Positions 32,545 to 42,688 of a DNA stretch of 64,000 bases are shown in pieces. The position numbers and the translations under genes are program-made. The stretch lies in assembly GCA_963755715.1 (NCBI GenBank), contig CAVWLW010000032.1, positions 1 to 64,000 of the forward strand, read 5' to 3'. Position 1 is the stretch's first letter; every line of letters begins with the position of its first letter. Below the pieces are notes generated by a model, which saw nothing but the letters and a program-made list of their open reading frames with translations, was not told where the DNA came from and made no database searches. The stretch is from an uncultured delta proteobacterium (GTDB lineage Bacteria > Desulfobacterota > Binatia > UBA9968).

Positions 32545-33825
32545 ATGAAGTCGGACAACGATCGTTCGCCGCGCCGCCGGGTGGTCATCACCGGGCTCGG
32601 AGCTGTGGCGCCGAACGGCATCGGCATCGACGCTTATCGGATCGCGCTGCGTGACGGTGTCAGCGGCGTGGGCGCGATCACGCTCTTCGATGCGGAGGAT
32701 CTCGAGTGCCGCGTTGCCGCCGAAGTGAAAAATCTTCCGACGGAGATTTCCCTGACCCAACAAGAGGCGCGGCGGGTCGGCCGAGCGGTGCCGTTGTTGC
32801 GTGTCGCCACCGAAGAAGCTTTGCGCGGGGCGGGCGTCTGTTGGCCGCGCCTCAGTCTCGAAGAAAAACAGTCCTGGGGCGTGGTCATCGGCAGCGGCGG
32901 CGGCACGCCGGATTTCACCGAAGAGCAATATCGGCGCTATTTTTCCGATCAACTACGCCGGGTGAGCGCCTACAATATTTCCAGCTCGACGCCCGGTGGC
33001 TTGTCGAGCGAAGTCTCACTCCACTTCGATTTTCACGGACCGAGCCATCTGATTTCGACGGGCTGCACCAGCTCCACCGATGCGCTCGGCTACGCGTTCA
33101 ATATGATTCGCTTTGGTCTGGCCGATCACTTGGTGAGCGGCGGCGCGGATGCGACGATCACGCCCGGCATCATGCGCGGGTTCTGTGTCATGCGCGTGGT
33201 CTCAGCTTCGCGCAACCTTGAGCCGGAGCGCGCATCGCGGCCCTTTGACCAGACGCGCGATGGTTTTGTGCTCGGTGAAGGCGCGTGGGTGCTCATCCTG
33301 GAAGAACGCGAACGAGCGCTGACGCGCGGCGCCAAGATCCATGGAGAAATCTTGGGCTACGGATCTACCTGCGACGCCTATCATCGGGTCCGGCTCAACC
33401 CGAACGGCGCGGAGCCGGCGCGGGCGATGCAGTTGGCGATCGAAGACGCGCAACTGGCCAAGGATGAAATCGGCTATATCGCGCTGCACGGCACCTCCAC
33501 GTCGCTCAACGATCGAACCGAGACTCTGGCGACCAAGCTTTGCTTCGGCGCGCGCGCCTATGACATGCCGATGAGCTCGATCAAGTCGATGATCGGCCAT
33601 CCTCAAGGCGCCTCGGGCGCGGCGGGTATCGTCGCCGCTCTGCTGGGCATGACCTTTGATTTTTTGCCGCCGACGATCAATTACGAGAAAGCCGATCCGG
33701 AGTGCGATTTAAATTATATTCCCAATCACAGCATCGCGCGGCGCACCGACGTCGCGCTTTGCAACTGCATCGGTTTCGGCTCGAAGAACTCGGCGCTGGT
33801 GGTAGCACGGGGTGAAAATGTATGA
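32545..33825 (+). CDS. Beta-ketoacyl-ACP synthase II (FabF-like)
   Basis: RRVVITGLG, STGCTSS (catalytic Cys), SRPFD..RDGFVLGEG, HGTST, SIKSMIGH, GFGSKN. Confidence 0.9.
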   Translation: MKSDNDRSPRRRVVITGLGAVAPNGIGIDAYRIALRDGVSGVGAITLFDAEDLECRVAAEVKNLPTEISLTQQEARRVGRAVPLLRVATEEALRGAGVCWPRLSLEEKQSWGVVIGSGGGTPDFTEEQYRRYFSDQLRRVSAYNISSSTPGGLSSEVSLHFDFHGPSHLISTGCTSSTDALGYAFNMIRFGLADHLVSGGADATITPGIMRGFCVMRVVSASRNLEPERASRPFDQTRDGFVLGEGAWVLILEERERALTRGAKIHGEILGYGSTCDAYHRVRLNPNGAEPARAMQLAIEDAQLAKDEIGYIALHGTSTSLNDRTETLATKLCFGARAYDMPMSSIKSMIGHPQGASGAAGIVAALLGMTFDFLPPTINYEKADPECDLNYIPNHSIARRTDVALCNCIGFGSKNSALVVARGENV

Positions 33826-34520
33826 AGCGCAGTTATGAGCAAGAGATGATGGATTCGCCGAATCATCCGCAAGACCTTTTAGAAGAAGACCTGAAAAATT
33901 TGCGGCTCTTTAATCGTTTCCTCGGCGGCTACCGTTGCGTCGAATCGGCGATCGCCGAGGTCGTCTGCCAGCAAAGGCTCAAAAGTTTTTCGCTTCTTGA
34001 CGTAGGCACCGGCAGCGCCGATATTCCCGGACGCATTGTTCGCTGGTGTCAGCGGCGGTCCATCGACATCAGCGTCGTCGCTCTGGATCAGGACCCGGTT
34101 ACCGCGCGATTGGCCGCGTGCCGAACCCGCTTGACGCCTGAAATCACGGTGCTGCGCGGCGATGCCGCGAATCTGCCGTTTGCGCCGCGTTCTTTCGATT
34201 TCGTCTTGGCCTCGCAATTTTTGCATCATTTTTCCGAGGAGAAGGTCGTCGCCATGCTTGAGAACTGGTCGCACTTGGCGCGCCGCGCGGTCATTGTCAG
34301 CGACTTGGTGCGTCATCCGCTGGCGTATTACGGCGTTCAAGTTCTTACCCGGCTGTGCACCGCGAACATCATGACCCGCACCGATGCGCCCCTCTCGGTC
34401 AAGCGCGCATTTACCCGGACCGAATGGCGCGAGCTTTTTCGCCGCGTGGCGGACGATCATTTTCGGCTGATCTCGGTGTTCCCGTTTCGCATCACGGCGC
34501 GATTGGAGTTTTCGCACTGA
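33822..34520 (+). CDS. SAM-dependent methyltransferase
   Basis: RSYEQEMMD, LLDVGTGSAD, FDFVLASQFLHHF, SDLVRH, DAPLSVKRAF; start overlaps the stop of the FabF-like gene. Confidence 0.88.
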   Translation: MKRSYEQEMMDSPNHPQDLLEEDLKNLRLFNRFLGGYRCVESAIAEVVCQQRLKSFSLLDVGTGSADIPGRIVRWCQRRSIDISVVALDQDPVTARLAACRTRLTPEITVLRGDAANLPFAPRSFDFVLASQFLHHFSEEKVVAMLENWSHLARRAVIVSDLVRHPLAYYGVQVLTRLCTANIMTRTDAPLSVKRAFTRTEWRELFRRVADDHFRLISVFPFRITARLEFSH

Positions 34521-35620
34521 TGCCGAGCATCTTTGACGTCGCCATCATCGGCGCCGGTCCGGCGGGCTCGGCCACCGCCATTGCGTTGGCGCGCAGCGGT
34601 TACGCCGTTGTTTTGATCGATAAGCAAATATTCCCCCGAGAAAAGCTCTGCGGTGATTTCGTCAACCCGATCAATTGGCCGATCTTTCGCGATCTGGGCG
34701 TGGAAGAGCGCCTGCTGGCGCAACCGCACACCCGCGTGACGGGTTTTCGCATTACCTCGTATTGCGGCGCGAGCGCGGCAGCAACATTTTCCCAGGTGGA
34801 CCAAAACCGATCTTTCGGTCTCGGACTCAGACGCGCGCAACTGGACCACGTGCTGCTGCAACGGGCCGAGGAAGCCGGAGTCACGATCCGCACCGGGCAG
34901 CGAGTCCAGCAGATTTCAAAACATTCGAAGGAATGGCAGTTGGACATGGGCGCGGGAGAAAGCTGGCGCGCTAAAATTCTCGTCGGCGCCGATGGACGCA
35001 ACTCCTGGGTTGCCCAACAGCTCGGCATGAACACGCGCGCCGCGATGCGCGGCCGGTCCGTCGGTTTCCAAACGCGCATCCATGGCTCGGGCGGCAGCGA
35101 CGGGCAAATCGAGATCCACCTCTTCCCGGGAGGCTATGCGGGTCTGGTCGGCGTCGGCGATGGCACGGCCAGTCTGGGACTTGCCATCGATAAACGCATT
35201 CTCCCGCGTGTTGGCGTAGATGAATTTTTGCGGACCGAGCGTCTAGCGAAAAATCCGTATCTCAAATCGGTTTTAGCGCCGCGCGAGAAAGTCCATGGGT
35301 TTCGCGCCGCCTATCCCGTCTACTTTCCCAAGCGACGTTCTTTTGCCGACGCCGTTGTTCTTGTCGGCGATGCGGCGCGAGTCACCGAGCCGATAACGGG
35401 CGAGGGAATTTATTTCGCGATGCGGAGCGGCATGCTCGCCGCGGAAACGCTCGATCGGGCGCTGCGCCAAGGCGATCTGTCCGCTAATTATCTTCGGGCC
35501 TACGAGCAAACCTGTGCACGGGCATTGCGACCGCGCGTGCTGTTAAATTCGCTCCTGCGCTTCGCTATCTACCGGCCGGCGCTGGTCCATCCGCTGATTC
35601 GTTGGTCCGCGCAGGAATGA
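34520..35620 (+). CDS. NAD(P)/FAD-dependent oxidoreductase (geranylgeranyl reductase/halogenase-like fold); 3' end possibly frameshifted
   Basis: DVAIIGAGPAG, FPREKLCG, GADGRNS, VGDAA..EPITGEGI; TGATG overlap with the methyltransferase. Confidence 0.88.
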   Translation: MPSIFDVAIIGAGPAGSATAIALARSGYAVVLIDKQIFPREKLCGDFVNPINWPIFRDLGVEERLLAQPHTRVTGFRITSYCGASAAATFSQVDQNRSFGLGLRRAQLDHVLLQRAEEAGVTIRTGQRVQQISKHSKEWQLDMGAGESWRAKILVGADGRNSWVAQQLGMNTRAAMRGRSVGFQTRIHGSGGSDGQIEIHLFPGGYAGLVGVGDGTASLGLAIDKRILPRVGVDEFLRTERLAKNPYLKSVLAPREKVHGFRAAYPVYFPKRRSFADAVVLVGDAARVTEPITGEGIYFAMRSGMLAAETLDRALRQGDLSANYLRAYEQTCARALRPRVLLNSLLRFAIYRPALVHPLIRWSAQE

Positions 35621-35760
35621 TCGTCTATTGACCACTCTCGTCGATGCCGTCTGTGTCCCCGCAACAGCGCGCTGATCCGGTCGCACCGACGCCCGCCGCA
35701 AGTTGTTATTCTCCGAGAACTAAATACAATGGCGCGGTGCTCATCTCGATCGGTAGCGTC

Positions 35761-35850
35761 CGTCATGCCGGTGAAAACCGGCATCCAGGAATTATTGTAG
35801 GGGCGTATGGCATACGCCCTTCCTGGATTCCGGCCTGCGCCGGAATGACG
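35761..35850. repeat. Composite palindromic repeat (GTCATGCCGG...CCGGAATGAC) with an inner REP; related copy ~45574-45640
   Basis: cgtcatgccggtgaaaaccggcatccagga ... tcctggattccggcctgcgccggaatgacg. Confidence 0.7.
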
Positions 35851-35930
35851 ACCATAGAAGTCGATTCATAGTTGACAGGACGATAACCCTCGCCTTTTCA
35901 AACGGGGTGTGCGCGAGAGGTAATTTCAGA

Positions 35931-37602
35931 ATGACTGCGGAATTTACTCCCGAAGAACAAGCGCGCCTTGCGCCGTTTTTTACCAATCTCGATCGTTCGA
36001 CGTTCGGCTTGAAATTGCCCCAGGAGGTCGCCGGCGCCTTGTTCTCGCGCTACAGCCGCTCGACGAAAAGTCTGCGGCGAACTTTCCTCGATGAATTTCT
36101 CGGCGATCCGACGCTTGGATTAAGCGATCTCCTTTCCGGACAAGCCGAGCCCGCAGCCGACAGCACGGCATTGAAAAAAGCGCGAGCGTTTTACGAGCGC
36201 GTGTTGGTCGGTTACGGCGACGATTCGGTCGCGCAGTTGGGCGGCGCTCATCTGGCCTGCGAAAATATTTCCAACGTCGCCGCCAAACTGCTCGAAGACG
36301 CGCGCATCGGCATCGCGCCGCTGGAAAAATCGACGCGCTATGTGCGCTTCGATCAGAAGGACGCGGCCGGGAATTATCTCTTCTACCGCGAGCCCAAGAT
36401 CATGGCGTCGCGCCACCGCGACGCTTATCTCGAAGTCATGAATCTGCTCTTCGACACTTACTCGCGGCAGATGGAGCCGATGCTGGCGTCGATTGCCAAG
36501 GCGCTGCCCATCGAGCAAGTGGAGGTGCGCGATCCGAGCAGCGGTAAATCCCTGAGTTACAGCGAAGCGCAGAAAGATGATCGACTGCGGCGCTGGGCGG
36601 AGACCGCCTATCGCGCCACCGTGCGCGCCCATGCGTGCGACGTGCTGCGCAGTTATCTGCCGGCTGCGACCTTGACCAACGTCGGCATGTTCGGCGTCGG
36701 CCAGGCGTTCGAATATCTAATCAGCAAATTCTACTCGCATGAGCTGAGCGAAGCGCAGGAACTTGGCCGCGCGATGCACGGCGAGCTGAATCAGCTCATT
36801 CCGTCGTTCGTCAAGCGCGCGCAGTTGAATGAGTATCTCGTTGGCACGACGGCGGCGGCAAAGGTGCTGGCGGCAAAGGCCGTTAATGTTTCACCGTGCG
36901 ACGCCAAAGAACCGGTGACGCTGATCGACTACGACGCCCAAGCCGAAGAGAAAACCATCGCGGCGATTCTGTACTCGCACGCGCGTCAGCCGTTGATGCA
37001 GCTGCGCGAGATCGCCGCCAAGATGAGCGATGAAGATCGTCGCAAGATTCTCAAAGAGTTTTTTAGCAAACGCCGCCACCGCCGCGACAAACTCAGCCGC
37101 GCTTTCGAGAACGTTTATTACACCTTCGATATCCTCGGCAATCTCGGCCTCTATCGCGATCTGCACCGCCATAGAATTCTTACCCAGGAGCGCCAGGACT
37201 TCACCACCGTGCACGGCTACGACACGCCGCCGGAGATCGAAGAGGCGGGTTTCAAGAGCGAGTTCGACGATTGCATGAAGCGCGCGGCGGATTTGTACGA
37301 GCGGATTTACGCCGATCTGCCGAGCGAAGCGCAGTACGTCGTGCCGTTCGCCTACAAGATCCGCTGGTACATGAAGATGAATCTGCGCGAAGCGCTGCAC
37401 ATGTGCGAGCTGCGCACGATGCCGCAAGGTCATCCCGGACTATCGTTTCATCTGCCAGGAGATGTGGCGCAGGATTCAGGAAGTTCATCCAGCGTTGGCG
37501 GAGTGCGGCAAGTTTATCGATTGGAAAAAATATCGGTTGGGACGGTTGCAATCAGAAATGCGGACGGAGTTTAAGAAATCGGCGTTGAAAAAGGGAGAAT
37601 AG
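35931..37602 (+). CDS. thyX: FAD-dependent thymidylate synthase, long tandem-domain form (1-bp insertion near 37436)
   Basis: ALFSRYSRS, GYGDDSVAQLG, LEKSTRY, RSYLPAATLTN, YRDLHRHR, NLREALHMCELR. The downstream copy of the tail (ggtcaccccgactat) is in frame, whereas the gene reads ggtcatcccggactat. Confidence 0.92.
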
Positions 37603-37832
37603 ACCAACCGGTGAAGTTGCAAGACAGTAAATGCCAATGCAACGTGCCCATTCTGTTTTGCGCCCCTGAAGGCTGATGGTTTCTGGGCCTGAGTGGGCAA
37701 TTTCGCAGGCAGCGTCTGCGAAATCCAATTTACGTTGCGGTCAATACGAGTGTTTGTTCCAAGCCTGCGTTACCATAATAGGATTCTATGTTTTCACAAA
37801 AATATCTGCTTAGAAACTTTATTGTTGCGCAT

Positions 37833-38201
37833 TTGCGCAATTGAGCAAACATGCGGTAAAGGGCGGCATGGACGAAAAGGTCTATTGCCAGTCGCGTCTT
37901 TGCCGCCTCATGGGTAACCCGATCGCTTTCGCCGTCGTCGATGCGCTCAGTCAGAATAAAGAACTAACCCCGAGCGAGATCGCGCACGCCGTTGGCCGCA
38001 GCGTGTCGCGAGTGAGCCACGTCTTGGCGTCGTTACGGTTGGCAGAGGTCGTCCGTTATGACACCGACGGGCGACAGGCGCGCTACCGCTTGAAACATCC
38101 TCGGGAAACTCGGGACCTTCTGAAGGCCCTCGCATCATTCATCGACTTGTCCTCGGCGTTTCAGTGACATTTGCGGACTTGCGCAATTGAGCAAACATGC
38201 G
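37833..38201 (+). repeat. 23-bp direct repeat TTGCGCAATTGAGCAAACATGCG at 37833-37855 and 38179-38201, flanking the ArsR gene (putative operators)
   Basis: Exact duplicate with the near-palindromic core TTGCGCAA-TTGAGCAA. Confidence 0.85.
37868..38167 (+). CDS. ArsR/SmtB family winged-helix transcriptional regulator
   Basis: LMGNPIAFAVV..LTPSEIA..SVSRVSHVLASLR..VV..GRQARYRL. Confidence 0.8.
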   Translation: MDEKVYCQSRLCRLMGNPIAFAVVDALSQNKELTPSEIAHAVGRSVSRVSHVLASLRLAEVVRYDTDGRQARYRLKHPRETRDLLKALASFIDLSSAFQ

Positions 38202-38563
38202 TGTTCCCGGTGGGAGGAGCAGCAAGAGAATCTCCACGCACGAACGAACTGCAAACTGTAGAAATCAAAACTCAGTGTGTTCTTGAACGTAAGTCCGGTG
38301 ACTATGATGCCTTAGCCGAGCCGGTGGCGTCTACGTCGGTATCTCGCCCATAGCCCGGCGACCGGGTTTTCACGCTACCCGAGGTCGTTCAAGGAACAAC
38401 CGTGAGCACCGCGCAACCGTCAACCGCAAAGTCCTGGAATGCAGAATCGTGCATTGGCCAACAGCAGCACCGCGATTGTCTTTGATCCACGTCCCAGAGG
38501 CGGCCATAGAGCCACTCTCGTTTTGGCTTGGCGGACGGTCCGGCGAATGGTAATTTCTATGCG

Positions 38564-38884
38564 ATGAAAACGAGTATTGATCACGCCGGCAGATTGTTGA
38601 TACCTAAGGAAATTCGTCGGAAGTCCGGCATCAAGCCAGGAATGCCGCTTGAGGTGCGTTGGGAAAAAGGTGCCATCGCCATTACTCCGGCTCCATTACC
38701 AGTGAAGCTGCGAAGGCGAGACCGACTGCTGGTAGCGATTCGGCGCAAGAATGGCCCATCTCTTTCCACCAAGACCGTCAACTTAACCCGCAAGGCACAG
38801 CGCAAAGATTTTTGGCGACTTGTCGACCGTGCCCACAAAAGAGGGGGAAAAGAAAGGGTTTACCAAGCTCGACGATCTACCTGA
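38564..38884 (+). CDS. AbrB/MazE/SpoVT-type DNA-binding antitoxin (no cognate toxin seen)
   Basis: MKTSIDHAGRLLIPKEIRRKSGIKPGMPLEV swapped-hairpin motif. Confidence 0.8.
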   Translation: MKTSIDHAGRLLIPKEIRRKSGIKPGMPLEVRWEKGAIAITPAPLPVKLRRRDRLLVAIRRKNGPSLSTKTVNLTRKAQRKDFWRLVDRAHKRGGKERVYQARRST

Positions 38885-38916
38885 GTAAGAATCGCAGCCC
38901 AAAAGACGCCGCCGTC

Positions 38917-39090
38917 GGTCACCCCGACTATCGTTTCATCTGCCAGGAGATGTGGCGCAGGATGCAGGAAGTCCATCCAGCGTTGGCGGAGTGCGGCAAG
39001 TTTATCGATTGGAAAAAATATCGGTTGGGGCGATTACAGTCAGAAATGCGGACGGAGTTTAAGAGGTCAACAATTGAGAATAAAGCATAG
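38917..39090 (+). repeat. Duplicate of the thyX 3' end (copy 2)
   Basis: Encodes GHPDYRFICQEMWRRMQEVHPALAECGKFIDWKKYRLGRLQSEMRTEFK, nearly identical at DNA level to 37428-37575. Confidence 0.95.
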
Positions 39091-39220
39091 TTGAGCGGTA
39101 GTTATGAAGGTTGCAATATTCTCGTTGCTCGGTGAGTTGTGGACCCGGTAGGGGGATTGGATTGTTTATTTGTCCAGGCCTGACCTTGGCGACCTGACCG
39201 AAGGGGAAAATCATGACAAA

Positions 39221-39952
39221 TCAGCTCTTGATCTTGCCCAGAATGTGAAGGATCTGAAGTCTGAGTGGTTTGGGAAAGGTAAGCTGACCGGCCTGGAACC
39301 TGCCAAAGCAGAAGTTAAAAATTGATAGGAAATCGTGACGCAAGGTTTGTGAAGTGTGGTGTTGATGGAGGGCGCGCAGCGCCGGGCCATGGCAATTCCG
39401 GACTTTGACTGCGCTCCCACACGGACAGGTGTGATGGCCACGATAACCCCACTCGAAAAGGAAAATTATGACGGCCAGCGCCACCAATTCATCGGCCAGG
39501 TGCAGCGTGTCAATGTAGTGTTGGACGATTCCCTCCTGCCCGTGCGCCTGTTCAGCGAAAGGATGCTGACCATGCTGTTTCCAATAGCAGTAACCGTACA
39601 AATAGGGAATGACCAGCCGGTTTACAAAACCGAGCAGTGAAGGTTGTTCGAAGAAAATCCGTCGTTCCTCCACTGGGACGGCCAGACAAAGCGACCCGTC
39701 ACTATAAATGTGTGGATAACTGCGCTCGATTCTGCCCGCGGTCTCTCTTACCCGCGGCAACATGTCTGGAAAGACAGGGGGGATGCGCAATTCGATCTCG
39801 AACTTATCCGTAACCGTTTCGAGTCCGTCGGCCGATGCTTCGAACGGCAGGCTTCCAGAGAGCAACGTTTCATGTTCCAGTTCGGTAAGGTTCGTGAGGC
39901 CCCGATAAATTTCCATTAGCTCGGCGAGCTGCCTCGTCATCTCCTCGGTCAC
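39221..39952 (-). CDS. CBASS-associated stand-alone E2 (UBC-like) conjugating enzyme fused to a C-terminal SEC-C zinc motif
   Basis: FEIELRIPPVFP..LPRV and PHIYSDGSLCL (E2 catalytic Cys context); CPCGSAVKVRNCH SEC-C motif; GTGA overlap with the CD-NTase stop and an upstream GGAGG. Confidence 0.75.
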   Translation of the reverse strand: MTEEMTRQLAELMEIYRGLTNLTELEHETLLSGSLPFEASADGLETVTDKFEIELRIPPVFPDMLPRVRETAGRIERSYPHIYSDGSLCLAVPVEERRIFFEQPSLLGFVNRLVIPYLYGYCYWKQHGQHPFAEQAHGQEGIVQHYIDTLHLADELVALAVIIFLFEWGYRGHHTCPCGSAVKVRNCHGPALRALHQHHTSQTLRHDFLSIFNFCFGRFQAGQLTFPKPLRLQILHILGKIKS

Positions 39953-41153
39953 CCGGCCCTCCAAGGCTTGGCGGCGCCTGTGATGTGGATGCGAGGGGGA
40001 CTGTCGATCAGGGTTTCAGTCGGAACGACGATCTCAAAATTCTTCGAGACGACCGTCGCACCCAAAGCGCTGGATAAGTGTTTCTTCAGCTGGCTCGGAT
40101 TGGCTTCTCTCAGGATCTCAATAACGTCTTTCTGCAAGGCCCCCAACCATAAGAAGAAGGCGCGAGCGCGGGCGTGGCTATCCTCGTGCCAGCGGTCGGC
40201 AAAATTTTCTGCGGGGTTAACAGGGTTTCCGATATACCATTTCCCGTCCGGTGTTCTCTTGATCAGTCCCATCGACGAGAGAGAACGGTCAATTGCCTTA
40301 CCCTCAATGAGGCCCGCGTGTGCACCAAGTTTTTCGACAATACCGCATAGCGCCGAGTAGACATCCGTTTCATTCCCGTATAAATGCGCCGACAACGTCG
40401 TGATGATGATTGAAATCGGCGCGTATATACAAGGCGCTCTTGGTGATTGAAGCGCGAGTCCAGGTAGCGTTTCATGATCTGGATTGCGCGTTGCAGCGGT
40501 GTGCGTACCAATTGGTCGGGAACTTTGTCGATACTTTCGTAAATGTATGGGATTTGCCGCTGGATGACCCGCTTGTTCGAACACGACCTGCTCAAATGCC
40601 GCGGCATTTTTCCAGTCGAACCAGCTTCCGTAGCCTCTGGGATTGCTTACAGACCAGATATAGGAGGAATCCTTCTTGTTCGTAATTGCGATCGATGTGT
40701 CCGCATTATCGCGGAGATCAGGAACTCCGGGCAGAATGTCCAGGTGAAAGCCGACACCGTCCTGCTCGGCGTATTCCAGCGTCCAGCACCGCCGGCCTTC
40801 TGCGTCAAGCGTTTTCAGCGTAAGTCCCGTGTTCGCGGAGCCTGTTGCCGACCATGGAGTTGACCAACTGTGGATCGGTCCGCTCTTTTGCAGGGGTATT
40901 TCGCAGACGAGGTCGATGTCGTAGCTTGCCTCCAAGCCATCTCGGATGGCCTCACTACCGTTCCCAGCCGGAAAAGAACCCTGTCACGATAAGATGCTCA
41001 ACTCACCGGAGCGGCCAGGATGTTCCCGTCCTCCAGCCATGCACCAACTGTGTTGTACCGGTCCACCGCGTCCTGATATTTGCCGGGCGGGATATCAATC
41101 TCGGCGGCGACCTGCTCAAGAAAACGCGAATACTTTCTTAAATCGATCGTCAT
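39949..41153 (-). CDS. cGAS/DncV-like nucleotidyltransferase (CD-NTase), several frameshifts
   Basis: EIDIPPGKYQDAVDRYNTVGAWL, QGSF(R)LGTVV, YDIDLVC, RRCWTLEY, FHLDILP, SNPRGYGSWF, TPLQRAIQIMKR, PISIIITTL, NPVNPAENFADRW, C-terminal KPWRAG. Confidence 0.88.
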
Positions 41154-41179
41154 AATGTTAACCTCGCACTCTATTGATC

Positions 41180-42186
41180 TTAAGACTTAGTTGCTGTGTC
41201 CAGCACATAGACGGGTTCAAATGCCTCGGCCGGCTCCTTAAGAACGCCAGATCGAGCGCAGGGGTGGCGGTCGCGAGCCAATGAATACCCAAGGCCCTTG
41301 AGGTCCTGAATTAATCGCCAGTCGTCCATCTTATATGTGTTGTAGGGGACGATATGGTTTATACGGTGTATGGCCGTGCGCTCATGTTCGTGGCCGGTGG
41401 CGAGCTTTGCGATACCCATGGCCCCGTGGGACTGCCCGTCCATGAAAAGCTTTACGAGCTTCGTGCCGAGCGTTCCGATCCCAGCCGATTTCGGAACGGC
41501 TAGGTTTCTTCAAGGCAACCGAGGCTCAGGATGTGCAGGGAATCCCGTGACAGCCGAGGAGCGTCACGGCCTCGACAACGGCGAGATCGATCGGATTGTT
41601 CGCCCAAATGCCGCCATCCAAGAGCCCAACACCGTGCTCTGTAATGTGTTGTGGAAAATATGTCGGTGCCGCGGCGGTCGCGAGCGCGATGTCAACGGCG
41701 AACGACTTGTAATCGTTTCTGAGGCGCGGGTGATGCGCCGTCTTGTAGATATACACAGATTGGGCAACGGGGTTCAGCGGGGATGACAAGTCGGGTTTTC
41801 GCGTCACCGAGCCTTTTTCGCCGAGCACATCATGGAGAACGGTGCGCAGAGGTGCTGGGTCATGCTTCCTCCGATACACCCAGCGGAGCGCGCGCAGATT
41901 TCGGCAAAGATAGTCGGCCACCGGGCGGTCGCCACCGAAAATCTCCGGGCCACGTTGTTCGTAAAGGTCCAGGAGATAAGAGAGGCCGAAAGGTTCATAT
42001 TCAAGACCAATAGCGATGATTCCGCCGGTTGAGGTCCCTGCGATCAGATCGAAATAGGAGACGATCGGGCGATTGAGATGTTGTTCGAGAGCGGCTAGAA
42101 AGGCCGCAGGGAATGTCTGAGAATGCCGCCGCCGTCGATGCACAGTATGCGGCGTTTTGCGGGCTCACCGTCGTTTTCAATTCCAC
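41180..42186 (-). CDS. Patatin-like phospholipase CBASS effector (CapV-like), several frameshifts
   Basis: ILCIDGGGI, FDLIAGTSTGGIIA, ATAAAPTYF, LLDGGIWANNP; directly upstream of the CD-NTase. Confidence 0.85.
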
Positions 42187-42252
42187 TTAACTGCACCGAT
42201 TTTCTGCTTCTCACCACCTGAAGTTTGCGGCTAGGCCTCACTTGTGCAATCA

Positions 42253-42311
42253 TGTTTCAGAGATGATACAATCCGTCGAATCGAATGTCAAACAGGTTTT
42301 CACATATGAAA
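42253..42311. promoter_or_regulatory. Two imperfect palindromes TwTCA-N4-TGAwA in the divergent promoter (putative CapH-like operators)
   Basis: TGTTTCAGAGATGATACA (42253-42270) and TTTCACATATGAAA (42298-42311). Confidence 0.55.
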
Positions 42312-42321
42312 CGGAGGCCCC

Positions 42322-42688
42322 ATGTCCAAGCTAACCTTGCAAATTCTCGGCAGGAGGTTGGCAGAAAAGCGAAAGTCACGAGGCATTAGAGAGGTCGCCA
42401 AGAAATCGGTGTTAGTCCGGCGACATTGTCCGAATTGAGCGAGGCTATGTCCCTGATATAGAAACATTCGGTAAGGTTTGCCGGTGGATGGACGTCGATC
42501 CCGGTGAGATCTTAGGAGTAAAGCCGAAGGTGGCTAGTAAACCGAAAGCCGCTGTTCACTTTAAGAAGGATCAAACTTTGCAAATCGAAACTGCACAAGC
42601 TCTCGCTCAAATGATTCTCGCAGCCCAGCGCGCCATGATGGCTTCTGAGGGACAAGAGAATAGGCCGCTGTGTTGGTCCGGGGTTTAA
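42322..42688 (+). CDS. XRE-family HTH repressor (CapH-like), frameshifted
   Basis: Reconstructs as MSKLTLQILGRRLAEKRKSRGIREVAKEIGVSPATLSRIERGYVPDIETFGKVCRWMDVDPGEILG..; divergent from the CBASS operon. Confidence 0.75.

Noticed and set aside
38659-39090. 143-aa ORF as the toxin partner of the AbrB antitoxin
   Set aside because: Its C-terminal part is the duplicated thyX tail and its N-terminal part is an alternate frame of the antitoxin gene.
40985-41005. TGA codons in the CD-NTase 5' region as recoded codons
   Set aside because: They lie in a stretch with several indels next to the QGSF motif, and Cys is not expected there.
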